A stretch of DNA of 64,000 nucleotides from an uncultured Haloferula sp. (GCA_965652295.1 CBFGTS010000004.1:192001-256000); one strand, 5' to 3'. Shown: positions 27,419-37,125, counted from the first letter of the stretch. The notes: a model not told the origin generated them from the letters alone. A program made the numbers and translations.

Positions 27419-28014
27419 GGGGTGGAGAGGTGAGGGGCTGTTTATCCTTGAGGAAGAAATCCCGTGGGGTGAGGCGGTGCCGATTTCATAATCGGCGCTC
27501 CGTGGCTCCGTTAGCCTTTGGTCCGCGATCCATGATCTATCATCTGCGATCGATCATCCACGAGAATGAGGAGCGGCAGAACGTGTCCGCAGGAATGGTC
27601 CCTGTCGGCGGTCTTTTCCGGTGACTTCCGGCGAACGCGTTTCGCCGCTCCGTTCCAGTGGCCGAGCGCGCCCGTTATTCGTGCGCGATAGTCTCACGCG
27701 GTCTCGACTCTTCCACGATCTCGTCACCGCCGAGAGGTGGGAAAGAGGAGCGGCGGAACGTGTCCGCCGGGAGTGGTTCCTGTCGGCGGTCTTTTCCGGT
27801 GACTCCTGGCGAACGCGTTTCGCCGCTCCGTTTGTCGATTCCCGGCCTGCGGGGGAAGGCGGTGCCGGTTTGAAAACCGGCGCTCCATTTTGCAGACGCG
27901 GCGGGGTGCGGGGCTGTTTATCCAAGGGGGAAGGTGTCGCGGGGTTGGGGCGATGCCGAATTCATATTCGGCGCTCCCTTGGCCCTCGGCCCACCATCCA
28001 CCATCTACCATCTC
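27419..28014. repeat. Mosaic REP cluster (3x family A, 2x family B doublets, heptamer arrays)
   Basis: Family A at 27471-27501, 27856-27886 and 27947-27977; family B inverted doublets at 27570-27651 and 27747-27829; heptamer runs at 27526-27560 and 27994-28014; GGGGCTGTTTATCC occurs twice. Confidence 0.88.
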
Positions 28015-28015
28015 G

Positions 28016-29080
28016 TCAGTAGGTCGTGACCGGGGAATCGCCGGTTTCGGTGGTGAGGGCGGGGACCTGGTCGCGGAGCTTGGAGAGTCCGGCGCAGGTT
28101 TTTTGCCAGGCGTCGTCGCTCCAGGTGAGGGGGGCGGCGAGCTTTTTGCGGAAGCGTTTGAGGCGCTTCTCGGTCTCGACCAAGGCGTAGGGGTTCAGCT
28201 TGGCCACGCGGCCGGCGGCGTCGCGGGCGCGGGCGGTGGCGGTGTGGCAGATGAGGGCGAGATCGTTGCCGGCTTCGAGGGCGGCGGTGACGTCGGTGTT
28301 GTCGGGGAATCGATCGGCGATGGCTCCCATGTCGAGGTCGTCGGTGAGGACGAGGTGGCGATCGAAGCCGAGCTGGCCGCGGAGGAAATCGCGGACGATG
28401 CGCGGGGAGAGCGAGGCGGGGAGGTCGGGATCGATGGTCTTGAAGAGGACGTGGGCGAGCATGACGGCGTCGAGCTCCGGCATGAGGGCGGTGTAGGGGA
28501 TGACGTCTTCCTTGAGCAGCTCGGAGAGGGTGGCCTTGGAGACGGGGAGGTCGTGGTGGGGATCGCTGGTGGCGCGGCCGCAGGCGGGGAAGTGTTTGGC
28601 GCAGGATTTGAGGCCGCGTTTGCGCATCCAGCGGTTCCACATGCCGGCGCGGTCGATGACGCGCTGGGGATCGCGGCCCCAAGTACGGGTGCGGAGGGAG
28701 TTGGCGAGACCGGGGTGGTGGTCGAGATCGAGAACGGGGGCGAAGTTCCAGTTCACGCCGAGGAGGCGCAGCAGATCGGCGGTGAGGGCGCCGGCTTCGG
28801 CGATCAGGGAAGGCTGGTTGTGGGCGGCGAACTCGGCGGCGGAGGGGGCCGCGGGGGCGATGGCAGAGGTGCGGGTGACCCGCCCGCCTTCCTGATCGAT
28901 GGCGATGAGCGGCTCGTCGTCACTGAGCGTGCGCAGGTGATCGGTGAGGGCGCGGGTTTGCTCGGGGCTCTCGATATTCCGGGTGAAAAGGATGTAGCCG
29001 ACGGGCTGGAGGTTGGAGAAGAGCCGGGTTTCTTCGTCCGTGAGCGTGGTCCCGGCGATGCCGAGGATGAAGGGCGTCAT
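28016..29080 (-). CDS. nagZ: Beta-N-acetylhexosaminidase, GH3
   Basis: ILFTRN, AIDQEGGRV, NFAPVLD, AKHFPACG...DPH, TDDLDMGAI. Confidence 0.88.
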   Translation of the reverse strand: MTPFILGIAGTTLTDEETRLFSNLQPVGYILFTRNIESPEQTRALTDHLRTLSDDEPLIAIDQEGGRVTRTSAIAPAAPSAAEFAAHNQPSLIAEAGALTADLLRLLGVNWNFAPVLDLDHHPGLANSLRTRTWGRDPQRVIDRAGMWNRWMRKRGLKSCAKHFPACGRATSDPHHDLPVSKATLSELLKEDVIPYTALMPELDAVMLAHVLFKTIDPDLPASLSPRIVRDFLRGQLGFDRHLVLTDDLDMGAIADRFPDNTDVTAALEAGNDLALICHTATARARDAAGRVAKLNPYALVETEKRLKRFRKKLAAPLTWSDDAWQKTCAGLSKLRDQVPALTTETGDSPVTTY

Positions 29081-29092
29081 GGGCCGGTGGGG

Positions 29093-29389
29093 TCAGGTGC
29101 CTTGTTCCCGGGCGAGCATCTCCTCCTCTTCCTCATGGGAGTGGATCTGCAAGGTCGCCTGGACGCTGGCGCGCTCGGCGGCGGCTTTCATTACGGCCCG
29201 GATGGCCGAGGCGCTGAAGCCGTTCCGGCCGATCAGCAGGGCCACGTCGGAGCGTTCGAGAACGAGTTTGAAACGCAGCTTCTGCGGGCCGAGTTCGGCC
29301 ACCTTGAGCTGGGCGCGCTCGGGGTGCTGGATGAACTGGACCGCGATGTACTGGATGAAGTTGCGGATCTGATCGGTGACGACCTGCAT
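29093..29389 (-). CDS. KH-domain RNA-binding protein (KhpA-like)
   Basis: IQHPE, DVALLIGRNG..ASAIR GxxG motif; start ATG 29389. Confidence 0.8.
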   Translation of the reverse strand: MQVVTDQIRNFIQYIAVQFIQHPERAQLKVAELGPQKLRFKLVLERSDVALLIGRNGFSASAIRAVMKAAAERASVQATLQIHSHEEEEEMLAREQGT

Positions 29390-29470
29390 GTCGCGACTGT
29401 GGTCGAAGCCGCCCATGGCAGCAACCTCCGAAGTGGCGGGAGTGCGGGAGGGTGGATCAAGCTCGGGAGG

Positions 29471-29618
29471 AAAATGGACCAGGATGGATGGGATTTTGGG
29501 GATGGATAGGATGCCGATCCGGCCAGGGCTACTGGGTCCTGACTGTTCGCAGCTCAAATCAGCGAACCTTTTAAGCCTCCTCCCTCGCTACTTTTCCCTT
29601 TTTCCTCGTCACTCGCCA
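29471..29618. repeat. 9-nt and 7-nt periodic micro-arrays
   Basis: CAGGATGGA-TGGGATTTT-GGGGATGGA-TAGGATGCC (29480-29515); CTCGCTA-CTTTTCC-CTTTTTC-CTCGTCA-CTCGCCA (29584-29618). Confidence 0.6.
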
Positions 29619-29695
29619 TCCTTCCGGGCGCCCGCCCACCCCTTTCCCGGGCTTGATCGCCCTGGGGAGTAAGAGAAGTTCGCAGCGGAAGGCGG

Positions 29696-30694
29696 TCACC
29701 GCCGGCACTTCTCCAGCAGGGACCCGAGGAAACGGGTGATCTGGTGGAGGGCGACGGTGTAGTCGTTTTCCGGCAAGCCGGCGAGGTCGGCGCGGCAGGC
29801 GTCGAGCATGCCGCAGGCGGTATCAACGGCGGACTCGATGGCTCCTTCGTATTCGGCGATGCCGACGAGCACGGAAAGATCGAGCGGCTGCTGCTCGATG
29901 ATCCGCTTGTTGAGCTTGGTGCGCTGGGACTCGGAGGCGGATTCGAGGAGGTTGAGGATCGGCAGGGTGAGCTTGCCCTTTTCGAGGTCGGTGCGGAGGG
30001 TCTTGCCGACCTGCTCCTCGCTGCCGACGAGGTCGAGGCAGTCGTCGTAGATCTGGTAGACGGTGCCGAGGCGCAGGCCGTAGTTGAAGAGCCGCTGCTC
30101 GGTGGCTTCGTCCGCCTCGGAAAGCGCGGCGGCGATGCCGGTGGCGGCGGCGAACAGGGCTCCGGTCTTCATTTCGATGATCCGGAAGTAGTCGGCCTTG
30201 GTCAGCGACAGGTCGAAGCGGCGCTGGGTCTGGACGATCTCGCCCTCACAGACCTCGCGCGAGGCCTTGCCGACCTTGCGGCAGATGGTGATGTCGTCGA
30301 ACTCGGTGGCCAGCGCCAAGGCGTGGGAAAAGAGGGCGTCGCCGAGGAGGACGGAGAGGCCGTTGCCCCATTTGGCGTTCGCGGTGGGGACCATGCGGCG
30401 GGTCACGGCACCGTCGATGATGTCGTCGTGGACCAGCGTGGCCATGTGGATGAGCTCAAGGATGACCCCGAGTTTCCGCTGGTTTTCACCCAGCATGCCG
30501 AATGCGCCGCCGACGAGGATGGAGAGGGCGGGGCGGATGCGTTTCCCGGATGTATTGCAAACGTAGGAGACGTAAGGTTCGACGGCCGGATCGAAGGCGC
30601 GGATCTGGTCCCGGATCGAGGATTCCACCTGGTCGAGGTGGGGACGGACGAGATCGAACGGGAAGCGGTCGCTGGTGGTAAGGGTGGTCGGCAT
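29696..30694 (-). CDS. Polyprenyl diphosphate synthase (IspB/HepT-like)
   Basis: GKRIRP, ELIHMATLVHDDIID..RR, KTGALF, QIYDDCLD, GKLTLP. Confidence 0.92.
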   Translation of the reverse strand: MPTTLTTSDRFPFDLVRPHLDQVESSIRDQIRAFDPAVEPYVSYVCNTSGKRIRPALSILVGGAFGMLGENQRKLGVILELIHMATLVHDDIIDGAVTRRMVPTANAKWGNGLSVLLGDALFSHALALATEFDDITICRKVGKASREVCEGEIVQTQRRFDLSLTKADYFRIIEMKTGALFAAATGIAAALSEADEATEQRLFNYGLRLGTVYQIYDDCLDLVGSEEQVGKTLRTDLEKGKLTLPILNLLESASESQRTKLNKRIIEQQPLDLSVLVGIAEYEGAIESAVDTACGMLDACRADLAGLPENDYTVALHQITRFLGSLLEKCRR

Positions 30695-30815
30695 GCCCAT
30701 GAAAGAGAGGCGTGCGAGACGCTTCCACAAAGGCCGGAAGGCCGCAACCCCGATGTCAAATCGGCTTGAAAGAGCGATCGATTTCCGCGGGTATCGCCGC
30801 TACTATTCAGCCAAT

Positions 30816-31601
30816 ATGAAGCTCAGCACTCTGAAAGTCCTCTGGATCCTCCCCGTCGTGGTCTCAGCCCAGGAGGTGATTCCGCACTTTGGCGTCGGTG
30901 ACAAGCCGGACCATCCCCAGCTTCCCGGGGTGCCGTGGGTGGTGCACGACGGCACCCGTCCGCAGCCACGGGTGGTGGAAAATGCCGGGGCGGTGACGGT
31001 CGCCCCGCCGGCTGATGCGAAGGTGCTTTTCAACGGGAAATCGCTGGATGCCTTCCGCGATCCGAAGTGGCGGGTGCAGCGCGGGGTGATGATCGCGGAC
31101 CGGGAAGACCTCGTCACCAAGGAGGAGTTCGGCGCGTTGCAGTTGCACTTCGAGTGGCGCGTGCCAGCCGGCCGCCCGGTCAAGGAGCAGGGTGGCGGCA
31201 ACAGCGGGGTGTTCCTGATGGGGTTGTATGAGGTGCAGGTTTTGCAGAGTCATGACAACCCGACCTATCCGGATGGTACCGCCGGTTCGCTCTACGGCCA
31301 GCTGCCGCCGCTGGTGAACGCGACCACGGAGCAAGGGGATTGGCAAAGCTACGACATCGTTTTCACGCCTCCGGTCTATGGCGCTTCGGGGGTGGAAACG
31401 CCGGCCCGGGTCACGGTGATCCACAACGGCGTGGTGGTGCAGAACGCGGAGTCCTACCTCGGGCCGACGGTGTGGCGTCAGCTTGCGAGCTACCCGCAGA
31501 GTCATCCGGAAAAGGGTCCGCTGCGGTTCCAGTTCCACGGCGACCCGATCGAGTACCGCAATGTCTGGGTGCGCGATCTGGGCAAGCGGGACGCGGAATG
31601 A
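30816..31601 (+). CDS. DUF1080 (3-keto-disaccharide hydrolase-like) exported protein
   Basis: LFNGKSL, GNSGVF, YEVQVL, WQSYDI, VIHNGV, QFHGDPIEYRNVW. Confidence 0.88.
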   Translation: MKLSTLKVLWILPVVVSAQEVIPHFGVGDKPDHPQLPGVPWVVHDGTRPQPRVVENAGAVTVAPPADAKVLFNGKSLDAFRDPKWRVQRGVMIADREDLVTKEEFGALQLHFEWRVPAGRPVKEQGGGNSGVFLMGLYEVQVLQSHDNPTYPDGTAGSLYGQLPPLVNATTEQGDWQSYDIVFTPPVYGASGVETPARVTVIHNGVVVQNAESYLGPTVWRQLASYPQSHPEKGPLRFQFHGDPIEYRNVWVRDLGKRDAE

Positions 31602-31754
31602 GGCGGGGCCGTGTCGGGCGATCCGCGCCCATTCTCAGGGGCGGGTTGGCGGAGGAATGGGTGCGGGAGAATGGAAGCGGCTTGGGAAAGCCGCTCTCCG
31701 GATGCGGATGAGACCGCTTGCACGGCGGGGAAGGGGGTGGCTTAATCGGCGGCG

Positions 31755-33974
31755 ATGAAGACCTCATGCTTCCCATGGACCTATGTGCTCCCCGCCGCGG
31801 CGCTCGCGTTGACCCAATGTCAGGACAAGCAGGAGGCAGAGGGGGGCAAGGACCCTGAATCCACGGCGCTCGTCGAAGAGGTCGCCCAGGGGTTGGGGGA
31901 AATCATCGAGTCGCAGTCGTCGCTTTCAGCCGAGGAGCGAGCGAAGATCGTGCCCATCACGGCACTGGCAAAGGGCGATGTCGATGGGGTGGCGTCCCTG
32001 ATCGACTTGGCGGGCGGCGTGGAAAAGCTCCGCGCGCTCAAGCTCTGGGAATTCATCCGGACGCTCGCGCAGAGCGAAGGCGAAGTGGATCTCGAAGCCG
32101 AAATCGGCGGCGCGCTTCAGCCGGTCGCTCCTTTTGCCGGGGAAGAGGTCTCGATCATCTACGGCAAGGGCACCTCGGATTTCGTCGACGTCTACATGGA
32201 TGCCGGGCAGCGGATCAACTATTACCAGCTCCGGGCACTGGCGAAGGGCTTCGCCGAGGGTGCGGTGAGTGGGGACTTCGAGTCCGCCATGTCCGAATTC
32301 GAAAGCGGCGCTTATTTCGCCGGGCTGATCGATGAGGTGGAGGATTTCGTGCCCCAGCTGCGCGAACTCCGGTTTCCTCCGATGGTCTTCAGCACGAAGA
32401 TTTCCGATGAAGCCGCCCGTCAGCAGGCGGTCGGTCAGATCAACGGTCTGTTGGCGATGGTCGCCCCTCAAGGTGAGGAGGTCGCCTTTCCGGCCGGGGG
32501 CGCCCAGTTCTCGGGCGTCCTGCTTTCAGGCGAGCCGTTGGCTGATCAGATGGGCACCAACCCGGGGGATTTGATCGCTCGTTTCGGCGAGGAAACCGCG
32601 AAGGAGCTGATCGAGATCGTCAGGGAGAAGCGCCTGGTCCTGGCCACCGGTGTGGTGGCCTCGAACGTGATGGTTTACCTGGGACCCGATGTGGAGAGCT
32701 GCCCTCTGACTGAGTCGATCGAAGACTCCTTGGCGGGGAACGAGCGGATTTCATTCATCGATGGCTACAAGGATCTGGAGGTGCATGGTTTTCTCTATGG
32801 CTCGAAGGAGACGCTTGAGGCGGCCTTCAAGACCGATGGCATGGGCTCGGTCGCTGAGGGCATCATCGCCGGCCTGAAGGACGCGGAAGGTTTCGGAGAT
32901 CCGCGCGAGGTCATCTCGCTTCTCGGGTTGGTGGAAGAGCGGTCGGAAGCCGTCTACAGCTTCTACAAACCCGAGACCTTCGGCGGAGTGGTCAGCGTCA
33001 ATCAGGGCTTCGTTTTTGAAACCTTCGGCGGCTACGAATCGGGCGCTCTCGACTACGGCGCGGCGCATCGTCTGGGGTCGCTCGGCGAGGGTGGACAGAC
33101 CTTGCTTTTCGCCGACTCGGTGGTGTCTCCGGAGTATCAGGAGGCACTGACGGAGTATCTCGATCTGCTGGTGACGATCGCCTACAGCACCGCCGAGCAC
33201 GTGGCGACGCTGCAACCGGCGGGCGAGGAGATGGCGCAATACGGGCAGATGTTCCAGCTCTTCAACGAACACTTCCGCGAGGATCTGCTGAAGCTGTGGA
33301 ATGGCGTGATGCTCACCGAGGAAGGTCTCGGCAACGAGCGCGCGCTGGTCATCGATCTCGCTGGCGGGGTTCCCTCGATGCCCGGCGTGCCGCCCGTTTT
33401 GGTGGAAGAGGGCCGCCTCCCCCGCGCGACTTATCTCGCGCCGGTGACGGATCGTGCGAAGCTCGGTGAGTCGTGGAAGGAAATCGATGCCTCACTTCGC
33501 TCGCTGCTGGCGACCGCGGGTGAGATGGGCGGACTGGAGAATCTCAACATGCTCGTGCCGACCAGCTCGGAGAAGAACGATCTGGTGACGTGGTATTTCG
33601 ATGCCGCCGCCTTCTCGGATGACCTCAAGCCATCGGTCACGGTCAGCGACGAGTGGTTCGCGGTCTCGACTTCGCGCACGCAGGCGCTGGACCTGATCGC
33701 CAAAGCCTCCGCCGCGGAGGAGGCAACCCGCACCGGGGCATGGCTGAAGCTCGATACCAACGTGCTCGCGGCTTACCTCTCGGACCTTGCGACGCTGGTC
33801 GAGGAGAAGGGCGAGGAAGTGGCTCCAGACGCGGAAGCTCTCGAGCAGTTCCGCGAGAGGTTGCCGGTGATCCGGGAAGGCATCGCGGCGATCGAGGAAC
33901 TGGACGCGGTGACCATTCACGACCGCGAGGAGAACGGCACCCGCCGCATGACCTTCAAGATTTCCGCCGATTGA
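31755..33974 (+). CDS. Large acidic hypothetical lipoprotein
   Basis: 739-aa ORF, lipobox-like LALTQC, normal codon usage. Confidence 0.75.
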   Translation: MKTSCFPWTYVLPAAALALTQCQDKQEAEGGKDPESTALVEEVAQGLGEIIESQSSLSAEERAKIVPITALAKGDVDGVASLIDLAGGVEKLRALKLWEFIRTLAQSEGEVDLEAEIGGALQPVAPFAGEEVSIIYGKGTSDFVDVYMDAGQRINYYQLRALAKGFAEGAVSGDFESAMSEFESGAYFAGLIDEVEDFVPQLRELRFPPMVFSTKISDEAARQQAVGQINGLLAMVAPQGEEVAFPAGGAQFSGVLLSGEPLADQMGTNPGDLIARFGEETAKELIEIVREKRLVLATGVVASNVMVYLGPDVESCPLTESIEDSLAGNERISFIDGYKDLEVHGFLYGSKETLEAAFKTDGMGSVAEGIIAGLKDAEGFGDPREVISLLGLVEERSEAVYSFYKPETFGGVVSVNQGFVFETFGGYESGALDYGAAHRLGSLGEGGQTLLFADSVVSPEYQEALTEYLDLLVTIAYSTAEHVATLQPAGEEMAQYGQMFQLFNEHFREDLLKLWNGVMLTEEGLGNERALVIDLAGGVPSMPGVPPVLVEEGRLPRATYLAPVTDRAKLGESWKEIDASLRSLLATAGEMGGLENLNMLVPTSSEKNDLVTWYFDAAAFSDDLKPSVTVSDEWFAVSTSRTQALDLIAKASAAEEATRTGAWLKLDTNVLAAYLSDLATLVEEKGEEVAPDAEALEQFRERLPVIREGIAAIEELDAVTIHDREENGTRRMTFKISAD

Positions 33975-33995
33975 TCCGGTGGAAGCGGGATCCGG

Positions 33996-35225
33996 CTACT
34001 CCGGCCGGATTTCCGCCCGGGCGCGGACGCCGGAGGCGAGGATCTCGCGGGCGACGTCGCGCACGGCTTCGGTCGTGACCGCCTCGACCCAGGCGAGCGC
34101 GTCCTTCGGACAAATGATGCGTCCGTGGTGGAGCAGCGAGTCGGCCGCCCATGCGGCGTGGCTGGCGGTGTTTTCCATCGAGGCACGGTGCTGGCTGAAA
34201 GCCAGGCGCTTGGCACGGGCGAGCTCCGCCGCGGCGGGACCCTGCGTGGCGAGGTCGCGGAGTTCGTCCTCCATGATGGCGAGGGCTTCGTCGCGACTTT
34301 CGGGATCGAGTCCGGCGTTGAATTCCAGCGCGCCGGTTTCGCCCAGCAGCGTGGCATCGCAGGAGACGTGGTAGCACAGCCCGCGGTCTTCGCGGAGCTT
34401 GAGGAAAAGCCGCGAGCTGGAGCCTTCGCCGAGGATCATGGCCAGCAGGCGCAGCGCGTGGCGCCGGGGATCGAGCCGCCCGAAGGTCGGGTAGGCGAGG
34501 GCGAGCTGGACCTGCTGGGTATCGCGCATATCGATCCGCACCGACTCGCCCGGTGGGAGGCCGGAAAAAGGGATCGAGATGGGAGCGGCGGAAAGCTCCG
34601 GAAGGAGCGGGTCGAGGAGGTCGAGGACTGCCTGCGGCGGGTAGGGCCCGCCGACGGCGATCACGAGGTCGTCCCGGCGGTGCTGGGCGGCGGCGAAGCC
34701 GGTGAGAGCGGCGCGATTGATCCGGCGCAGCGTTTCCAAGGTGCCGGAAATCGGATCGCCCAGCGGGTGGGGCGACCACAGGGCGGAGGAAAGCAAGTCG
34801 CCGATATGGTCGCCCGGCGATTCCTCGTACATCACGATTTCCTCGGCGATGACCTCGCGTTCCAGCTCGATGTCGCGGGGATCGAAGCGCGAATGCCAGA
34901 CCATGTCGCAGAGGATGTCGGCGAGCAGCGGTAGCGTATCGGCATCGCCGCGGCCCTCGTAGCTGGTCTGGTCTTCGGAGGTGTGGGCGTTGAGCATGGC
35001 ACCGACGTCCTCCGTCTCGATGCTGATCGTGCGCGCGTCGCGCCGGGCCGTGCCCTTGAAAAGCATGTGCTCGACGAAATGGGCGGTGCCGGCGAGGCCC
35101 GCAGGGTCGTCGCGGGAGCCGGCGGGGAGATGGATTGAAATGGCCGCGCACTCGCTGTCGGGCAGCTCGGCGATGGCGAGCCGGACGCCGGTCCGGCTAC
35201 GGCATTCATGGTAGGTGGCGCGCAT
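33996..35225 (-). CDS. M16 family zinc metallopeptidase
   Basis: GTAHFVEHMLFKGT (HxxEH), NAHTS, EREVIAEE, SSRLFLKLREDRGLCY; start ATG 35225. Confidence 0.9.
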   Translation of the reverse strand: MRATYHECRSRTGVRLAIAELPDSECAAISIHLPAGSRDDPAGLAGTAHFVEHMLFKGTARRDARTISIETEDVGAMLNAHTSEDQTSYEGRGDADTLPLLADILCDMVWHSRFDPRDIELEREVIAEEIVMYEESPGDHIGDLLSSALWSPHPLGDPISGTLETLRRINRAALTGFAAAQHRRDDLVIAVGGPYPPQAVLDLLDPLLPELSAAPISIPFSGLPPGESVRIDMRDTQQVQLALAYPTFGRLDPRRHALRLLAMILGEGSSSRLFLKLREDRGLCYHVSCDATLLGETGALEFNAGLDPESRDEALAIMEDELRDLATQGPAAAELARAKRLAFSQHRASMENTASHAAWAADSLLHHGRIICPKDALAWVEAVTTEAVRDVAREILASGVRARAEIRPE

Positions 35226-35877
35226 CCAGTTGGAGGAGGGCTCCCGCGATCCTGAGGTCGGCGGGGTGGGTGATTTTCGGGTTGGGTGTGCCGGAGTCGA
35301 CCAGGCGGGTGGCGCGGCCGATGGTCTCCAGAGCCGAAACTTCATCGGTGACGATCCGGCTTTCCGCGACGACGTGGTCGTAGGCCTCCCGCAGCAACGC
35401 CGTGCGGAAGATCTGGGGGGTTTCCATGTGCCAGAGGCCGTCGCGGGGCACCGCGCCTTCGGTGAAACCGGAGGCACCGGCGCGTTTGAGTGTTTCGGTG
35501 ACCGGCCGGGCCAATGCCGCGGCTCCGGTTTCACGTGCGACGGCGAGGCAGGCGGAAATGGCGTGAGGGGTGACCAGAGGACGGGCACCATCGTGCACGG
35601 CCACGAATCCCGCGGCGACCTCCGCCAACCCTGCGAGGACGGAGAGATGGCGTTCGGCACCGCCATCGACGCGGATCAGCGACGCGGCCACGTCACCGAG
35701 CAACTCCTCGAACCGATCGCGCGGGCAGACCACGATGACGCGCCCGATTTCCGCGCAGCGGAGGAACGCCTCGACCGTGTGGCGCAGGACCGGCTGGCCG
35801 CAGAGGTCCGCCGCGAGCTTGTCGAAGCCCATGCGGCGGCTGCTTCCGGAGGCCACGATGACCGCGTCGCAGTCCAT
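35206..35877 (-). CDS. ispD: 2-C-methyl-D-erythritol 4-phosphate cytidylyltransferase
   Basis: ASGSSRRMGFDK, GGAERHLSV, VHDGARP, ETPQIF, NPKITHPADL. Confidence 0.92.
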   Translation of the reverse strand: MDCDAVIVASGSSRRMGFDKLAADLCGQPVLRHTVEAFLRCAEIGRVIVVCPRDRFEELLGDVAASLIRVDGGAERHLSVLAGLAEVAAGFVAVHDGARPLVTPHAISACLAVARETGAAALARPVTETLKRAGASGFTEGAVPRDGLWHMETPQIFRTALLREAYDHVVAESRIVTDEVSALETIGRATRLVDSGTPNPKITHPADLRIAGALLQLDARHLP

Positions 35878-36332
35878 CAGGACAGGCGCTTGGCCACTTC
35901 CTGGGAGAGCGTCTTGCCGTCGGCGCGGCCGGCGCTGCGTTCCTGGACGAGCTTCATCACCTTGCCCATGTCGGCCTTGGAGCTGGCTCCGGTTTCGGCG
36001 ATCGCCGTCTCGACCATGGCGATGATTTCCTCCTGGGACAGCGCGGCGGGGAGGTAGCCTTGGAGGATCTCGATTTCCGCGAGTTCCTTTTCCGCGAGTT
36101 CGGTGCGGCCGGCGGCCTGGAACTGGGACGCGGAATCCTCGCGTTGCTTTACCTGCTTGCGGACCACGGCCATGGCTTCGCTGTCGGTGAGCTGGGTGCC
36201 GAGGCTGCCCTTTTCGATGGCGGCATTGGTCAGCGCGGTTTTCAGGGCGCGGATGACGGTGAGGCGGTTGGCATCCTTGGCCTTCATGGCGGCCTTGAGA
36301 TCTTCCTGGATTTGTGCGGCGAAGTCGCTCAT
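35877..36332 (-). CDS. GatB/YqeY domain protein
   Basis: DLKAAMKAKD, KQREDS, YLPAALS, DMGKVMK, ADGK. Confidence 0.92.
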   Translation of the reverse strand: MSDFAAQIQEDLKAAMKAKDANRLTVIRALKTALTNAAIEKGSLGTQLTDSEAMAVVRKQVKQREDSASQFQAAGRTELAEKELAEIEILQGYLPAALSQEEIIAMVETAIAETGASSKADMGKVMKLVQERSAGRADGKTLSQEVAKRLS

Positions 36333-36442
36333 GCGGCTTAGGTATCCGGCGCGGGAAGGCCGATAAAGCGCAAATCCCGGCCGCGGGTGTCTGCGGTCGC
36401 TTTCGTCTTGGCGGCGGAGCCATCCGCGCCTACCGCCGGGGC

Positions 36443-36937
36443 GTGAAAAAACGGTCGGTCGGATCTCGCATCTACCTGAATTTGGTGGGCTTGGCCCTCG
36501 CTGCGGTGGGGGCGGTGTTTGCCACGCTGATGTGGAAGAGTTACGTCCGTGCGGGGCAGGTGGCGGATTGGCCGGTGGTGCCTTGTTCGATCATGGAATC
36601 GCGTGTCGAAAGCCGCCGCGACGACCCGGACTGGCCGCGGGAGATGCCGCAGGAATATCGGTTCCGGGTCCGTTACGTCTATGAATGGAAGGGCGCCCAA
36701 CATGAATCGAGCCTGCACAAGCTGCGGGGCTCGTCCTGGTCGAGCACTCCGGGGAAAGCCGAGCAACTCGTGAGCAGGTTTCCCGAGGGGGCCGTCAGCC
36801 AGTGCCACGTGAACCCGGAAAGCCCGCGTCAGGCGGTGCTGGAGGGTGAGTCGAAAGCGCCGGGATACTCGTTGTGGTTTCCGCTGCTCTTCGTCGTCGG
36901 CGGGCTGGGAATCATGATCGGTGCCTGGCGGCGCTGA
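36443..36937 (+). CDS. DUF3592-like membrane protein
   Basis: N- and C-terminal TM helices, WPVVPC.I, VRYVY, VNPESPRQAVL; GTG start. Confidence 0.75.
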   Translation: MKKRSVGSRIYLNLVGLALAAVGAVFATLMWKSYVRAGQVADWPVVPCSIMESRVESRRDDPDWPREMPQEYRFRVRYVYEWKGAQHESSLHKLRGSSWSSTPGKAEQLVSRFPEGAVSQCHVNPESPRQAVLEGESKAPGYSLWFPLLFVVGGLGIMIGAWRR

Positions 36938-36986
36938 GCCTCTGGGAAATGGCCGGGGGGCAGGGCTTGTCCCAAATAGGAAAATC

Positions 36987-37109
36987 GAACCGCAGATGAA
37001 CGCAGATATTCAAAGAGTGGCGTCGGTTTCGGGGTTCACCCGCAGGATTGCTCTCGATCTCTACATAAAACGCATAAAATCAGCGTTCATCTGCGTCCAT
37101 CTGCGGTTC
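36987..37109. repeat. 123-bp element with 21-bp terminal inverted repeats built from 10-nt units
   Basis: GAACCGCAGATGAACGCAGAT (36987-37007) vs ATCTGCGTCCATCTGCGGTTC (37089-37109), 20/21 match; AT-richer core; between convergent genes. Confidence 0.85.
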
Positions 37110-37125
37110 ATTCCTCTTTCTAGGC

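Noticed and set aside
26916..27491. Short ORFs of 62-110 aa upstream of PEP-CTERM
   Set aside because: No recognisable motifs or RBS, and they overlap repeat arrays; probably non-coding or decayed DNA.
27419..28014. Possible CRISPR array
   Set aside because: Repeats are inverted doublets with irregular spacing and shared intervening sequence; no unique spacers and no cas genes.
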